Origin: an uncultured Gemmatimonadales bacterium
GTDB lineage: Bacteria; Gemmatimonadota; Gemmatimonadetes; Gemmatimonadales; GWC2-71-9
Length of the DNA: 64,000 nt
Assembly: GCA_963730185.1 (NCBI GenBank)
Contig: CAVSQW010000015.1
Location: 640,001-704,000, forward strand
Reading direction: 5' to 3'
In this document: positions 1 to 9,300 of the stretch, one piece after another
How positions within the stretch are numbered: the first letter of the stretch is position 1
Layout: the number at the start of each line of letters is the position of its first letter
The notes under the pieces: model-generated
The model's input: only the letters and a program-made list of their open reading frames with translations
What the model was told of the DNA's origin: nothing
The model's database searches: none
Program-made: the position numbers and the translations under genes

Positions 1-309
1 ACCGACGTCTTCCCCGATGCCCGGGTCAAGGTCTTCCTGACCGCGACCCCGGTGGCTCGGGCCCGGCGCCGGCTGGCTCAGCGGGGCGACTGGATCGACG
101 ACGACGCGCTCGACCGCGAGGCCAGGGCCCTGGCCGCCCGGGACGCGCTGGACTCGCGTCGCGCGATCGCGCCCCTCCGGCAGGCCCCGGGCGCGACCCT
201 GCTCGACACCACGGCCCTCGAGTTCGACGACCAGGTCGCCCGGATCGTCCGCTTGGCGCGGGTGGCCTTTCCTTCGGGATCGACGGGGAGCGACCCCTCG
301 TTGAGCTAA
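1..309 (+). CDS. cmk: Cytidylate kinase, C-terminal part (begins before window)
   Basis: Frame 1 reads TDVFPDARVKVFLTATPVARARRR...RDALDSRRAIAPL...LDTT, the CMK C-terminus; upstream of rpsA. Confidence 0.9.
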   Translation, partial: TDVFPDARVKVFLTATPVARARRRLAQRGDWIDDDALDREARALAARDALDSRRAIAPLRQAPGATLLDTTALEFDDQVARIVRLARVAFPSGSTGSDPSLS

Positions 310-342
310 CCCCTTGTTGAAATAGGGGTCTGGTCCTAGCTT
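309..342 (+). promoter_or_regulatory. sigma70-like promoter (TTGTTG-17-TAGCTT) overlapped by palindrome ACCCCT-N9-AGGGGT; candidate PadR operator
   Basis: Inverted repeat 309-329 covers the -35 hexamer upstream of padR. Confidence 0.5.
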
Positions 343-387
343 CGGGGCAAGAGCACCACCCGCCCCGTCCGCCACCCCGAGCGTCCC

Positions 388-717
388 ATGGCCGGCAGCG
401 ATCTCTTCACCGGTTCCCTCGAGCTCCTCATTCTCAAGGCGCTGAGTTGGGGGCCCCGGCACGGCTACGCCGTCGGTCGCTGGATTCGCGACACCACCGA
501 GGCCGAGATTCTGGTGCAGGAAGGCGCGCTCTATCCGGCTCTGCACCGGCTGGAACGGCGCGGCTTGGTGGAGGAGGAGTGGGGGCTCACCGACACCAAC
601 CGTGAGGCCAAGTTCTATCGCCTGACCGCCGCCGGCCGGCGACGGCTTCGAGACGAAGCGGTGCGCTGGGCCCGCTTCGTCGAAGTCATGCGCCTCGCGC
701 TCGACAGCGCGAGCTGA
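388..717 (+). CDS. PadR-family transcriptional regulator (ADOP-associated type)
   Basis: GSLELLILKAL..PRHGY..GALYPALHRLE..AKFYRLT motifs; directly upstream of an ADOP permease. Confidence 0.95.
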   Translation: MAGSDLFTGSLELLILKALSWGPRHGYAVGRWIRDTTEAEILVQEGALYPALHRLERRGLVEEEWGLTDTNREAKFYRLTAAGRRRLRDEAVRWARFVEVMRLALDSAS

Positions 718-727
718 CGGAGCCCCA

Positions 728-3357
728 ATGTCCAAGCCCTTTCGTCTTCCCGACGACCCCCGGCGGGCCGGGTCGGACGTCGACCGGGAGATCGCGTTGC
801 ACCTCGAGCTCCGCACCCGGGAGCTCGAAGCCCAGGGCCTGAGCGCCGAGGCGGCCCGGGCCCAGGCGCTGGCCTGGTTCGGCGATCGCGAGGCGATCGC
901 CCGGGAATGCGCCGATCTCCGGGGCGACACCTTGCGAGCCCGTCGGCGGACCGGCTGGCTGGCCGAGCTGGGCCACGACGTTCGCTCGGCGGCGCGGAGT
1001 CTCCGCCGAGCCCCCGGATTCGTCCTGCTCGCCCTGCTCACCCTCACCCTCGGGATCGGCGCCAACGCGGCGCTTTTCGGCGTGGTCCGGTCGGTGCTCC
1101 TCCGGCCGCTGCCCTATCCGGACGCCGATCGGCTGGTTCAGGTCTGGACCGACGAGCGGGCCCACGGCCGCGAGGCGCCCGAGTGGCTGACCCCGCCCGA
1201 CTTCCTCGACTGGCAGCGGGACAACACCTCGTTCGCCTCGATGGCCGCCTACCAGGGTTGGGGGCCCGACTTGACCGGGGACGGCGATCCGGAGTCCCTC
1301 AGCGGTTTGGCGGTGACGGCCCGCTTCTTCGACGTGCTGGGGGTCCCGGCGGCGTTCGGGCGGACCTTCGCGGCGGCCGACGACGATGCGGGGGCCGAGC
1401 GGGTGGTCGTGCTCACCGACGCCATCTGGCGCCGGCGGTTCGGGGCCGATCCGGCCGTGCTGGGGCGCCAGCTCACCCTCGACGGTGAGCCCTGGACCGT
1501 CATCGGGGTGATGCCTCGGGACTTCCGCTCGCCGATCCCGCAGGTGGAGCTCTTCCGTCCGCTCCGCCGGCCGGCCACCTCCCGCTGCGGCCGGGATTGC
1601 ATCGTGCTCCAGGCCATTGGGCGGCTCCGGCCGGGCGTCTCGGTGGAGCAGGCCCAGGCCGACCTGGCCGCGATCGCCGCTCGGCTGGCGGGGGAGTACC
1701 CGGCGAGCAACGAGGGGCGGGGCGCCTGGCTCATCCCCCTGCACGAGCAGATCACGGGGCCGGTCCAACCGGCGCTGATCGCGCTCACGGTGGCCGTGGC
1801 CTTCGTGCTGCTGGTCGCCTGCGTGAACCTGGCGACCCTGCTCCTGGTGCGGGGCGAGGCGCGGGCTCGCGAGCTCGCGGTCCGCGCCGCTCTGGGCGCC
1901 GGGCGGGGCCGGTTGATCCGCCAGCTGGTGGTCGAGAGCCTGCTCCTGGCGGTCGGCGGCGGAGTCCTGGGGGTGCTCGGGGCGTTCGTGGTCACGGGGC
2001 TCGCCGCGACGCTGGTGCCGGCCTCGATTCGGGCCGTTCAGCCGGTGGGAATCGACCTCACCGTGGTCGGCTTCGCCGCGCTCCTCGCCCTCGGCTCGGG
2101 GGCGTTGTTCGGGCTCGCGCCGGCCCTGCACTCCGTGGGACGGAACCTGATTGCCTCGCTTCGGACCGGTGGCCGGACCGCCGTGGGTCGGACCGGGCGG
2201 CTCCGGGGCGGCCTCGTGATCGCCGAGCTCGCCCTGGCGGTCATGCTCCTGGTCGGAGCCGGTCTTCTCCTCCGGAGCTTCCTCGCCCTGGAACGGGTCG
2301 ACCTCGGCTTCCGGACCCAGGGGCTGGTGGCGACCAACGTGGCCTTTCCGCGGGCCCGGTACCCGGAAGCGGCGGGGCTGGAGACGGCGATCGGCCAGCT
2401 CCTGGACCGGCTCCGGGCGAGCCCGGCCATCGGGGCCGCCGAGGTCACCGACGTCCCGCCCCTTACGTCGGGCGGCGACCAGGACATCGACGCGCGGCCC
2501 ATCGGCGAGCCTTCCGAGGATCATCTCCCCAGCCTCTGGTATCGGGCCGTGTCGCCCGGGTACCTCGACCTGATGGGCATGCGGGTGGTCCGGGGGCGCG
2601 GGTTCGTCCCGACCGACCGGGGCGGCTCGGCGCCGGTCGCGATCGTCAATCAGGAGACCGCCGATCGGCTCTGGCACGGCGCCGATCCGGTCGGCCGTCA
2701 GTTGGCGGCCGGGGCAGCCGGGTGACGGTCGTCGGCGTGGTCGCCAACGCCCATCACGACGGCCCCAATCGGCCGGTCAAGCCCGAGCTCTTCCTGCCGG
2801 TCGGGCAGGTGCCCGCCCGGAGCTTCTCGGTCACCCTCGATCCGGCCCGCGGCCAGGCCGCCGCGCTCGACGCCTTTCGGGACGCTCTCCGGGCGGTCGA
2901 TCCGCTGATCCCGATGGGGCCGGTCACCGCGCTCGATCATCTGGTGTCGGAGACGGTCGCGCTCCCCAAGCTCTATGCCGGGTTGGTGGCCTCGCTGGCT
3001 GCCGCCGCGCTGGCGCTGGCGGCACTCGGGGTCTTCGGGGTGATGGCCTACGTCGTGACCCTCCGCCGCCGCGAGATCGGCGTCCGGCTCGCGCTTGGCG
3101 CGAGGCCCGGCGCCATCCGGGCGCTGGTCCTGGGGCAGGGTGGCCGGTTGGCCCTGATCGGTGGGGCGCTGGGGTTGGTCGGGGCCGCGCTCCTGACCCG
3201 GCTGCTTCGAGGCCTCCTCTTCGGAGTGAGCGCCCTCGATCCGGTCACCTTCGCGGGGGTCGCGCTGATGCTGGCCGGGGTCGCGTTGGTCGCGGCCTGG
3301 CTCCCGGCAACCCGGGCGATGCGGGTGGACCCGCTGGTCGCCATGCGGGAGGAGTGA
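728..3357 (+). pseudogene. ADOP (duplicated orphan MacB/FtsX-like ABC permease), one frameshift near 2700-2725 (possibly a sequence error)
   Basis: 728..2725 gives the N-terminal two-thirds (LTLGIGANAALF, LLVACVNLA, RELAVRAALGA). The C-terminal FtsX domain (VTVVGVV...RRREIGVRLALGA...VDPLVAMREE) continues in another frame to 3357; one added base near 2703 joins them. Confidence 0.85.
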
Positions 3358-3423
3358 CTCCGGACGAACCCCGCCAGCCGATCGTATCTCTCGACCGGCC
3401 ATCGTCTTAGACGAGGCTTCCCC

Positions 3424-3580
3424 GGGGTGTGAGCCACCCCATCCGTCCATAACTTGTTCCTGAGGCAGTAGGCCACTAACTTGACTGGCTCGTCAGCCTC
3501 GGGAACTAGTCCCTTGGCTCAACCCAATCCTCAAACCCTGATCGGCCCCGATCGGGTGGTGCGCCCCGGGAAACCCTTCT
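3424..3580 (+). promoter_or_regulatory. Structured rpsA leader with several hairpins, no clear SD
   Basis: GGGGTG/CACCCC 3424-3440; GTTCCTGAGGC/GCCTCGGGAAC 3456-3506. Confidence 0.4.
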
Positions 3581-5341
3581 ATGTCCTCCAAGTCACATTC
3601 CGGTTCCGACGCGTTTTCGACGGCTGCTGGCCTCCGGGTCAGGAGCGACCTCTACGACGAGAGCTACTCCGACGAAGAGTACGAGAGCATGCTGTCGTTG
3701 TACGACGGCACCATGGCGCAGATCGCCGAAGGCGAGATCGTCAAGTCGAAGGTGCTCCGGATCACCGAGAACGCCGTCATCCTCGACGTCGGCTTCAAGT
3801 CCGAGGGCTCGGTCCCGCTCGACGAGTTCAAGGAGCGCCCCGCCGAAGGTGACGAGGTCGAGGTCTTCCTCGAGCACCTCGAGGACCACGAAGGGGCGGT
3901 CGTCCTTTCGAAGAAGAAGGCCGACTTCATGCGGGTCTGGGAGAAGATCCGCGTCGCCTACGAGAACGACGAGCCCGTCGAGGGCACCCTGATGAAGAAG
4001 ATCAAGGGTGGCGTGGTCGTGAGCGTCATGGGCGTCGACGCCTTCCTCCCGGGCAGCCAGATCGCGCTCCGCCGGGTGCCGAACATCGACGAGCTGCTGG
4101 GCCAGAGCTACGAGTTCAAGATCATCAAGCTCAACAAGCGCCGCCGGAACATCGTGGTGTCGCGCCGGGTGATCCTGGAGAACGAGCGGGCCTCCAAGCG
4201 CGAGCACCTGATGAAGGAGCTCGAGGTCGGCCAGATCCGGAAGGGCGTGGTCAAGAACATCACCGATTTCGGCGCCTTCATCGACCTGGGCGGCGTCGAC
4301 GGCCTCCTCCACATCACTGACATGTCCTACGGCCGGGTGTCGCACCCGACCGAGCTGGTCCAGATCGGCAAGGAAGTGGAGATCAAGGTTCTCGACATCG
4401 ACTGGCAGCGGGAGCGGATCTCGCTGGGCATGAAGCAGCTCCAGCCGTATCCCTGGAAGGACATTTCCGAGAAGTACCCGGTCGGCACCCGGGTCCAGGG
4501 CAAGGTCGTCTCGATCACCAACTACGGCGCCTTCGTGGAGCTCGAGCCGGGGATCGAGGGCCTGGTCCACATCTCCGAGATGAGCTGGACCCGGAACGTC
4601 CGGCACCCGTCCAAGATCGTCTCCATCGGCGAGACCATCGAGGCGGTGGTGCTCAAGGTCGACGAGCAGGAAGAGAAGATCTCGCTCGGCATGAAGCAGA
4701 CCGAGCAGGATCCCTGGATGGTGCTGCCCCAGAAGTACCCGATCGGCACCCGGATCCAGGGCAAGGTCCGGAACCTCACCAGCTTCGGTGCCTTCGTCGA
4801 GATCGAGCCCGGGATCGACGGCCTGATCCACATTTCCGACATGTCATGGACCAAGCGGGTCCAGCACCCGTCCGAGGTGGTCAAGAAGGGCGACACCGTC
4901 GACGTGGTGGTCCTCAACATCGACGCCGACAACAAGCGGATCTCGCTCGGACTCAAGCAGGCCGAGGAAGACCCCTGGCTCTCGATCGGGGAGAAGTACC
5001 CGGTCGGCACCGCGGTTCGCGGCCGGATCGCCCGGATGATGGACAAGGGCGTCGTGGTCGATCTCGGTCACGACCTCGAGGCCTTCGCCCCGATGTCGCA
5101 GCTGATGCACGACAACGTGGTCAACCCGGCCGACGTGGTGCAGGAGGGCCAGGTGGTCGACACCGAGGTCATCGAGGTCGACCCGATCCACCACCGGATC
5201 GTGGTGGGCGTCCGGGCCTATCCGGAGGACGAAGAGGGCGCCCCGCCCCGTCAGGTGGCCTCGGTGGTTCCGCCCGACGATACCGAGGGTGGCTCCGACG
5301 ACGGGGCCGACCCGGGCGAGGCGAAGCCCGCGGCCGAGTAA
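3581..5341 (+). CDS. rpsA: 30S ribosomal protein S1
   Basis: Repeated S1 domains (FGAFIDLGGVDGLLHITDMS, YGAFVELEPGIEGLVHISEMSW). Confidence 0.99.
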   Translation: MSSKSHSGSDAFSTAAGLRVRSDLYDESYSDEEYESMLSLYDGTMAQIAEGEIVKSKVLRITENAVILDVGFKSEGSVPLDEFKERPAEGDEVEVFLEHLEDHEGAVVLSKKKADFMRVWEKIRVAYENDEPVEGTLMKKIKGGVVVSVMGVDAFLPGSQIALRRVPNIDELLGQSYEFKIIKLNKRRRNIVVSRRVILENERASKREHLMKELEVGQIRKGVVKNITDFGAFIDLGGVDGLLHITDMSYGRVSHPTELVQIGKEVEIKVLDIDWQRERISLGMKQLQPYPWKDISEKYPVGTRVQGKVVSITNYGAFVELEPGIEGLVHISEMSWTRNVRHPSKIVSIGETIEAVVLKVDEQEEKISLGMKQTEQDPWMVLPQKYPIGTRIQGKVRNLTSFGAFVEIEPGIDGLIHISDMSWTKRVQHPSEVVKKGDTVDVVVLNIDADNKRISLGLKQAEEDPWLSIGEKYPVGTAVRGRIARMMDKGVVVDLGHDLEAFAPMSQLMHDNVVNPADVVQEGQVVDTEVIEVDPIHHRIVVGVRAYPEDEEGAPPRQVASVVPPDDTEGGSDDGADPGEAKPAAE

Positions 5342-5358
5342 CGGCCTGCCGGACACGT

Positions 5359-5396
5359 CGAAGGGGCGGGGGACTACCCGGTCCGCCGCCCCTTCG
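5359..5396. terminator. GC-rich hairpin after rpsA, candidate terminator between convergent genes
   Basis: CGAAGGGGCGG...CCGCCCCTTCG 11-bp inverted repeat. Confidence 0.5.
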
Positions 5397-5497
5397 CCGT
5401 TTGGCCTCTGGTCTTCGCCGGCGAGGCCGGCGTCGCGCTCTTTCCGTTCACACTCCTGGTCCTCTGGGGGGTGGAAGCCCCCCCGCAGCGACCTGTC

Positions 5498-5536
5498 CTC
5501 CCGACTCCCTCTCCCACTCCCCACTCCCCACTCCCT
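5498..5536. repeat. Heptamer tandem repeat tract (CCCCACT/CCCGACT)
   Basis: ctcccgactccctctcccactccccactccccactccct. Confidence 0.85.
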
Positions 5537-5548
5537 AGGCTCCAGTCA

Positions 5549-6076
5549 CTATTCCGTCTCCACTCCTAACCCGTCCGCGATCCGATTGACGAACGCGAAG
5601 TACGCCGTGATCGCGCAGAGATCGTGGATGGCCCGGTCGTCGTATCCGTGGCCCCGGAGCCGAGCCACGTCGTCCGCGGTCATGGTGGAGGGCTCACGGG
5701 TGAGCTTGACCGCGTAGTCGAGCAGGGCCCGGTCGCGTGGGTCGAGCCCGGCCGAGCGGTAGTCGGCCGCCACCCGGCCGACTTGGGCGTCAGCCTCCGC
5801 TCGGGAGCCGCCGCTGAGCTGAAGGATCCGACGGAGCCCCGCCCCGTGGTGGTGGATTCAATACCGGCACCCGTTGGTGGCCGACACCACCAGCGCCACC
5901 AGCTCGCGCTGCCGGGGCGCCAACGGCCCGGGCCCCCGCATCAGCTCGACGTACAGGTCGTAGTGGTGCCGCATGGTGGCGGGATGGACCGCGTGGATCT
6001 GGATGATGTGGTCCGGATCGGGCACCCGCTCCTCGGGGGCCAGCTCCGCCTCGGGTCGATACGGAATGAACGCCAT
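5549..6076 (-). CDS. AhpD/carboxymuconolactone decarboxylase-like peroxidase, probable selenoprotein (C-R-Y-U; TGA at 5860-5858), 175 aa
   Basis: ORFs 5858..6199 and 5549..5773 are in frame and joined by an open stretch: ...[28 protein letters not shown]...[13 protein letters not shown]...[21 protein letters not shown] before ATG 6076. Confidence 0.85.
5826..5857 (-). promoter_or_regulatory. Candidate bacterial SECIS hairpin
   Basis: UGA-AUCC-ACCACC-ACGGGGC-(GGG)-GCUCCGU-C-GGAU: G-containing apical loop 17 nt after UGA. Confidence 0.65.
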
Positions 6077-6134
6077 CGGATCTCCAAGGGCCGGCATCGC
6101 CCCGGCCCGCCGCGAGGGAAGCCCTGCATGACCG

Positions 6135-6211
6135 CCCCAGCCCCTCCATCCCATCCCGACTCCCCACTCCCGACTCCCTCCCCACTCCCCAGTCCCCAAT
6201 CACTAGTCACT
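6135..6211. repeat. Heptamer tandem repeat tract (CCCGACT/CCCCACT/CCCCAGT/CCCCAAT/CACTAGT)
   Basis: About 8-10 degenerate 7-mers between the AhpD-like gene and the carboxyltransferase. Confidence 0.85.
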
Positions 6212-6229
6212 ACAGTACATTGCCGCCCT

Positions 6230-7783
6230 ATGCCCAATCCCCGTCAGCTCTTGGACGAGCTTCTCCGACGTCAGGCCGAGACCGAGCAGGGCGGCGGCGC
6301 GAAGCGAATCGCGCAACAGCACAAGAAGGGTAAGCTCACCGCCCGCGAGCGGCTCGATCTTCTCCTCGACGAAGGTAGCTTCGTCGAGATGGATCGGTTC
6401 GTGGTCCACCGGGCCACCGATTTCGGCCTGGCCGGGCAGCAGATCCCCGGCGACGGCGTGGTGACCGGCTACGGCCGGATCGAGGGCCGCCTGGTGTACG
6501 TCTTCTCCCAGGACTTCACCGTGTTCGGGGGCTCTCTCTCCGAGACCTTCGCCGAGAAGATCTGCAAGGTCATGGATCACGCCGTCCGGAACGGCGCGCC
6601 GGTGATCGGCCTCAACGACTCGGGCGGCGCTCGGATTCAGGAGGGGGTCGCGTCGCTCGGCGGCTACGCCGACATCTTCCTTCGGAATACCCTCGCCTCC
6701 GGCGTAGTGCCCCAGATCTCCGCTATTCTGGGTCCCTGCGCCGGCGGGGCGGTGTACAGTCCCGCCATCACCGACTTCGTGTTCATGGTCCGGGGCGTGA
6801 GCTACATGTTCGTGACCGGCCCGAACGTGGTGAAGACCGTGACCCACGAGGAGGTGTCGTTCGAGGACCTGGGCGGCGCCGACGTCCACGGCGAGACCTC
6901 GGGCATCGCCCACCGGGTTGCTCCCTCGGAGGCGGAATGCCTGGCCTCGATCCGTGAGCTCCTGACCTACCTCCCCTCCAACAACGTCGACGACCCTCCG
7001 CCCGGTGACACCGACGATCCCGCCGATCGCCGCGAGGAGCGGTTGCTGGACCTGATCCCCGAGTCGGCCGCCAACCCGTACGACATGCACCAGGTCATCG
7101 GGGCGGTGGTGGACCACGGGCGGTTCTTCGAGATCATGCCGGACTTCGCCGGGAACATCCTGGTCGGGTTCGCCCGGCTGGGCGGCCGGTCGGTCGGGAT
7201 CATCGCCAACCAGCCGGCGGTGCTGGCCGGGGTGCTCGACATCGCGAGCTCCACCAAGGCGGCCCGGTTCGTCCGCTTCTGCGATGCCTTCAACCTTCCG
7301 CTGATCACCTTCGAGGACGTGCCCGGCTTCCTGCCCGGCGTGGCCCAGGAGCACGGCGGCATCATCCGGCACGGCGCCAAGCTGCTCTACGCCTATTGCG
7401 AGGCCACCGTGCCCAAGCTCACGGTAATCACCCGCAAGGCCTACGGCGGCGCCTACGACGTGATGAGCTCGAAGCACATCCGGGGCGACGTGAACCTGGC
7501 CTGGCCCAGCGCCGAGATCGCGGTGATGGGGCCCAAGGGCGCGGTGGAGATCCTCTTCAAGGACGAGATCGCCGCCGCCGCCGACCCGGCGGCCGAGACC
7601 CAGCGCCGGATCGACGAGTACACCCGGACCTTCGCCAACCCGTACAAGGCGGCGGCGCGAGGGTTCATCGACGACGTGATCGACCCGCGGGACACCCGGC
7701 CCCGGCTGATCGACGCGCTCCGGATGCTCCGGAACAAGCGCGATCGTAACCCGCCCAAGAAACACGGCAACATCCCGCTCTAG
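6230..7783 (+). CDS. pccB: Acyl-CoA (propionyl/methylmalonyl-CoA) carboxyltransferase beta subunit
   Basis: [40 protein letters not shown]; start taken at ATG 6230. Confidence 0.93.
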   Translation: MPNPRQLLDELLRRQAETEQGGGAKRIAQQHKKGKLTARERLDLLLDEGSFVEMDRFVVHRATDFGLAGQQIPGDGVVTGYGRIEGRLVYVFSQDFTVFGGSLSETFAEKICKVMDHAVRNGAPVIGLNDSGGARIQEGVASLGGYADIFLRNTLASGVVPQISAILGPCAGGAVYSPAITDFVFMVRGVSYMFVTGPNVVKTVTHEEVSFEDLGGADVHGETSGIAHRVAPSEAECLASIRELLTYLPSNNVDDPPPGDTDDPADRREERLLDLIPESAANPYDMHQVIGAVVDHGRFFEIMPDFAGNILVGFARLGGRSVGIIANQPAVLAGVLDIASSTKAARFVRFCDAFNLPLITFEDVPGFLPGVAQEHGGIIRHGAKLLYAYCEATVPKLTVITRKAYGGAYDVMSSKHIRGDVNLAWPSAEIAVMGPKGAVEILFKDEIAAAADPAAETQRRIDEYTRTFANPYKAAARGFIDDVIDPRDTRPRLIDALRMLRNKRDRNPPKKHGNIPL

Positions 7784-7791
7784 GAACCGGC

Positions 7792-9300
7792 ATGGCCCGA
7801 CCCGTCATCACCCGCGTCCTGGTGGCCAACCGGGGCGAAATCGCGCTCCGGATCATCCGCGCCTGCCACGAGGAGGGCCTCGAGGCGGTGGCGGTGTACT
7901 CCGACGCCGACCGCTACGCTCCCTACGTCCGGGCCGCGGACGCCGCCGTGGCCATCGGGCCTTCGGCCCCGGCCCAGAGCTATCTCGACATCGCCCGGAT
8001 CGTCGGCGCCGCGCGGGAGGGCGGCGCCCAGGCGATCCACCCCGGGTTCGGCTTTCTCTCCGAGCGGGCGCCGTTCGCGGAGGCGGTGGAGCAGGCCGGG
8101 TTGGCGTTCGTGGGGCCGCCCGCCTCCGCCATCCGGGCCATGGGCGACAAGACCGAGGCCCGTCGCCGGATGCAGGCCGCGGGCGTGCCGGTGGTGCCGG
8201 GCGCCATGGCCGCGCTGGAACGCCCCGCCGACGGGATTCCGCTCGCCCGGGAGATCGGCTACCCGGTGCTGGTGAAGGCCGCCGCCGGTGGGGGCGGGAA
8301 GGGCATGCGGGTGGTCCGGGAGGAACGGGAGCTCGAGTCCGCGCTTCAGGCCGCCTCGTCGGAGGCCCAGAAGTCGTTCGGTGACCCGGCCGTCTACCTC
8401 GAGAAATTCATCGTGCGGCCCCGGCACGTGGAAATCCAGGTACTGGCCGATCACCAGCGCACGATCCACCTGGGAGAGCGCGAGTGCTCGGTCCAGCGGC
8501 GCCACCAGAAGCTGGTCGAGGAAGCGCCCTCGGTGGCGGTCACGCCCGAGCTTCGCGAGCGGATGGGCGCGGCCGCGGTCGCCGCCGCCCGGGCGGTCGA
8601 CTATCGGAGCGCGGGCACCTGCGAGTTCCTCCTGGCCGACGACGGGCGGTTCTATTTCCTGGAGATGAACACCCGGATCCAGGTGGAGCATCCGGTCACC
8701 GAGCTGGTCTACGCCGTCGACCTGGTCCGGGAGCAGCTCCGGATCGTCCGCGGCCTGCCGATGACGGTGGCCGAGGGGCCGCTCAGCCCCCGGGGCTGGG
8801 CGATCGAATGCCGGATTACCAGCGAGGATCCCGCCAACGGCTTTCTGCCCACCACCGGGCGGATCAGCTATCTCCGAATTCCGGGCGGACCGGGGGTCCG
8901 ATGGGACAGCGGAGTCGAGACCGGCGACGAGGTGACGCTGTTCTACGACTCGATGCTGGCCAAGCTGATCGTCCACGCCGCCACCCGGCCGGACGCGATC
9001 CGCCGGATGGTCCGCGCCCTCCGCGAGCTGGTGGTGGTCGGCGTCGGCACCAACCAGCCCTTCCACCTCCGCCTCTTCGACGACCCCGCCTTTCAGGCCG
9101 GCGAGATCGACATCCAGTTCCTGGACCGGCGGTCGGACCTGGTTGGGGCACCGCCCTCCGACCAGCTGGTGGAGCGGCTGGCAATCACCGCGGCCCTGGC
9201 CGACGACGAGCGCCGCCGCTCACGGAAGCCGCTGGTGGCTGACGGCGACGACCGGCCCGGTCGATGGCTGCTCGCCGCCCGGCGCGACGCGCTCGGGTGA
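7792..9300 (+). CDS. accC: Biotin carboxylase subunit of acyl-CoA carboxylase
   Basis: ANRGEIA, GGGGKGM, RECSVQRRHQK, EMNTRIQVEHPVTE. Confidence 0.95.
   Translation: MARPVITRVLVANRGEIALRIIRACHEEGLEAVAVYSDADRYAPYVRAADAAVAIGPSAPAQSYLDIARIVGAAREGGAQAIHPGFGFLSERAPFAEAVEQAGLAFVGPPASAIRAMGDKTEARRRMQAAGVPVVPGAMAALERPADGIPLAREIGYPVLVKAAAGGGGKGMRVVREERELESALQAASSEAQKSFGDPAVYLEKFIVRPRHVEIQVLADHQRTIHLGERECSVQRRHQKLVEEAPSVAVTPELRERMGAAAVAAARAVDYRSAGTCEFLLADDGRFYFLEMNTRIQVEHPVTELVYAVDLVREQLRIVRGLPMTVAEGPLSPRGWAIECRITSEDPANGFLPTTGRISYLRIPGGPGVRWDSGVETGDEVTLFYDSMLAKLIVHAATRPDAIRRMVRALRELVVVGVGTNQPFHLRLFDDPAFQAGEIDIQFLDRRSDLVGAPPSDQLVERLAITAALADDERRRSRKPLVADGDDRPGRWLLAARRDALG

Noticed and set aside
2723..2725. 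TGA ending the ADOP first half as a possible Sec/read-through codon
   Set aside because: The homologous continuation is in a different frame, so this is a frameshift.
5498..6211. Repeat tracts as a CRISPR array
   Set aside because: 7-nt units without spacers and no cas genes.
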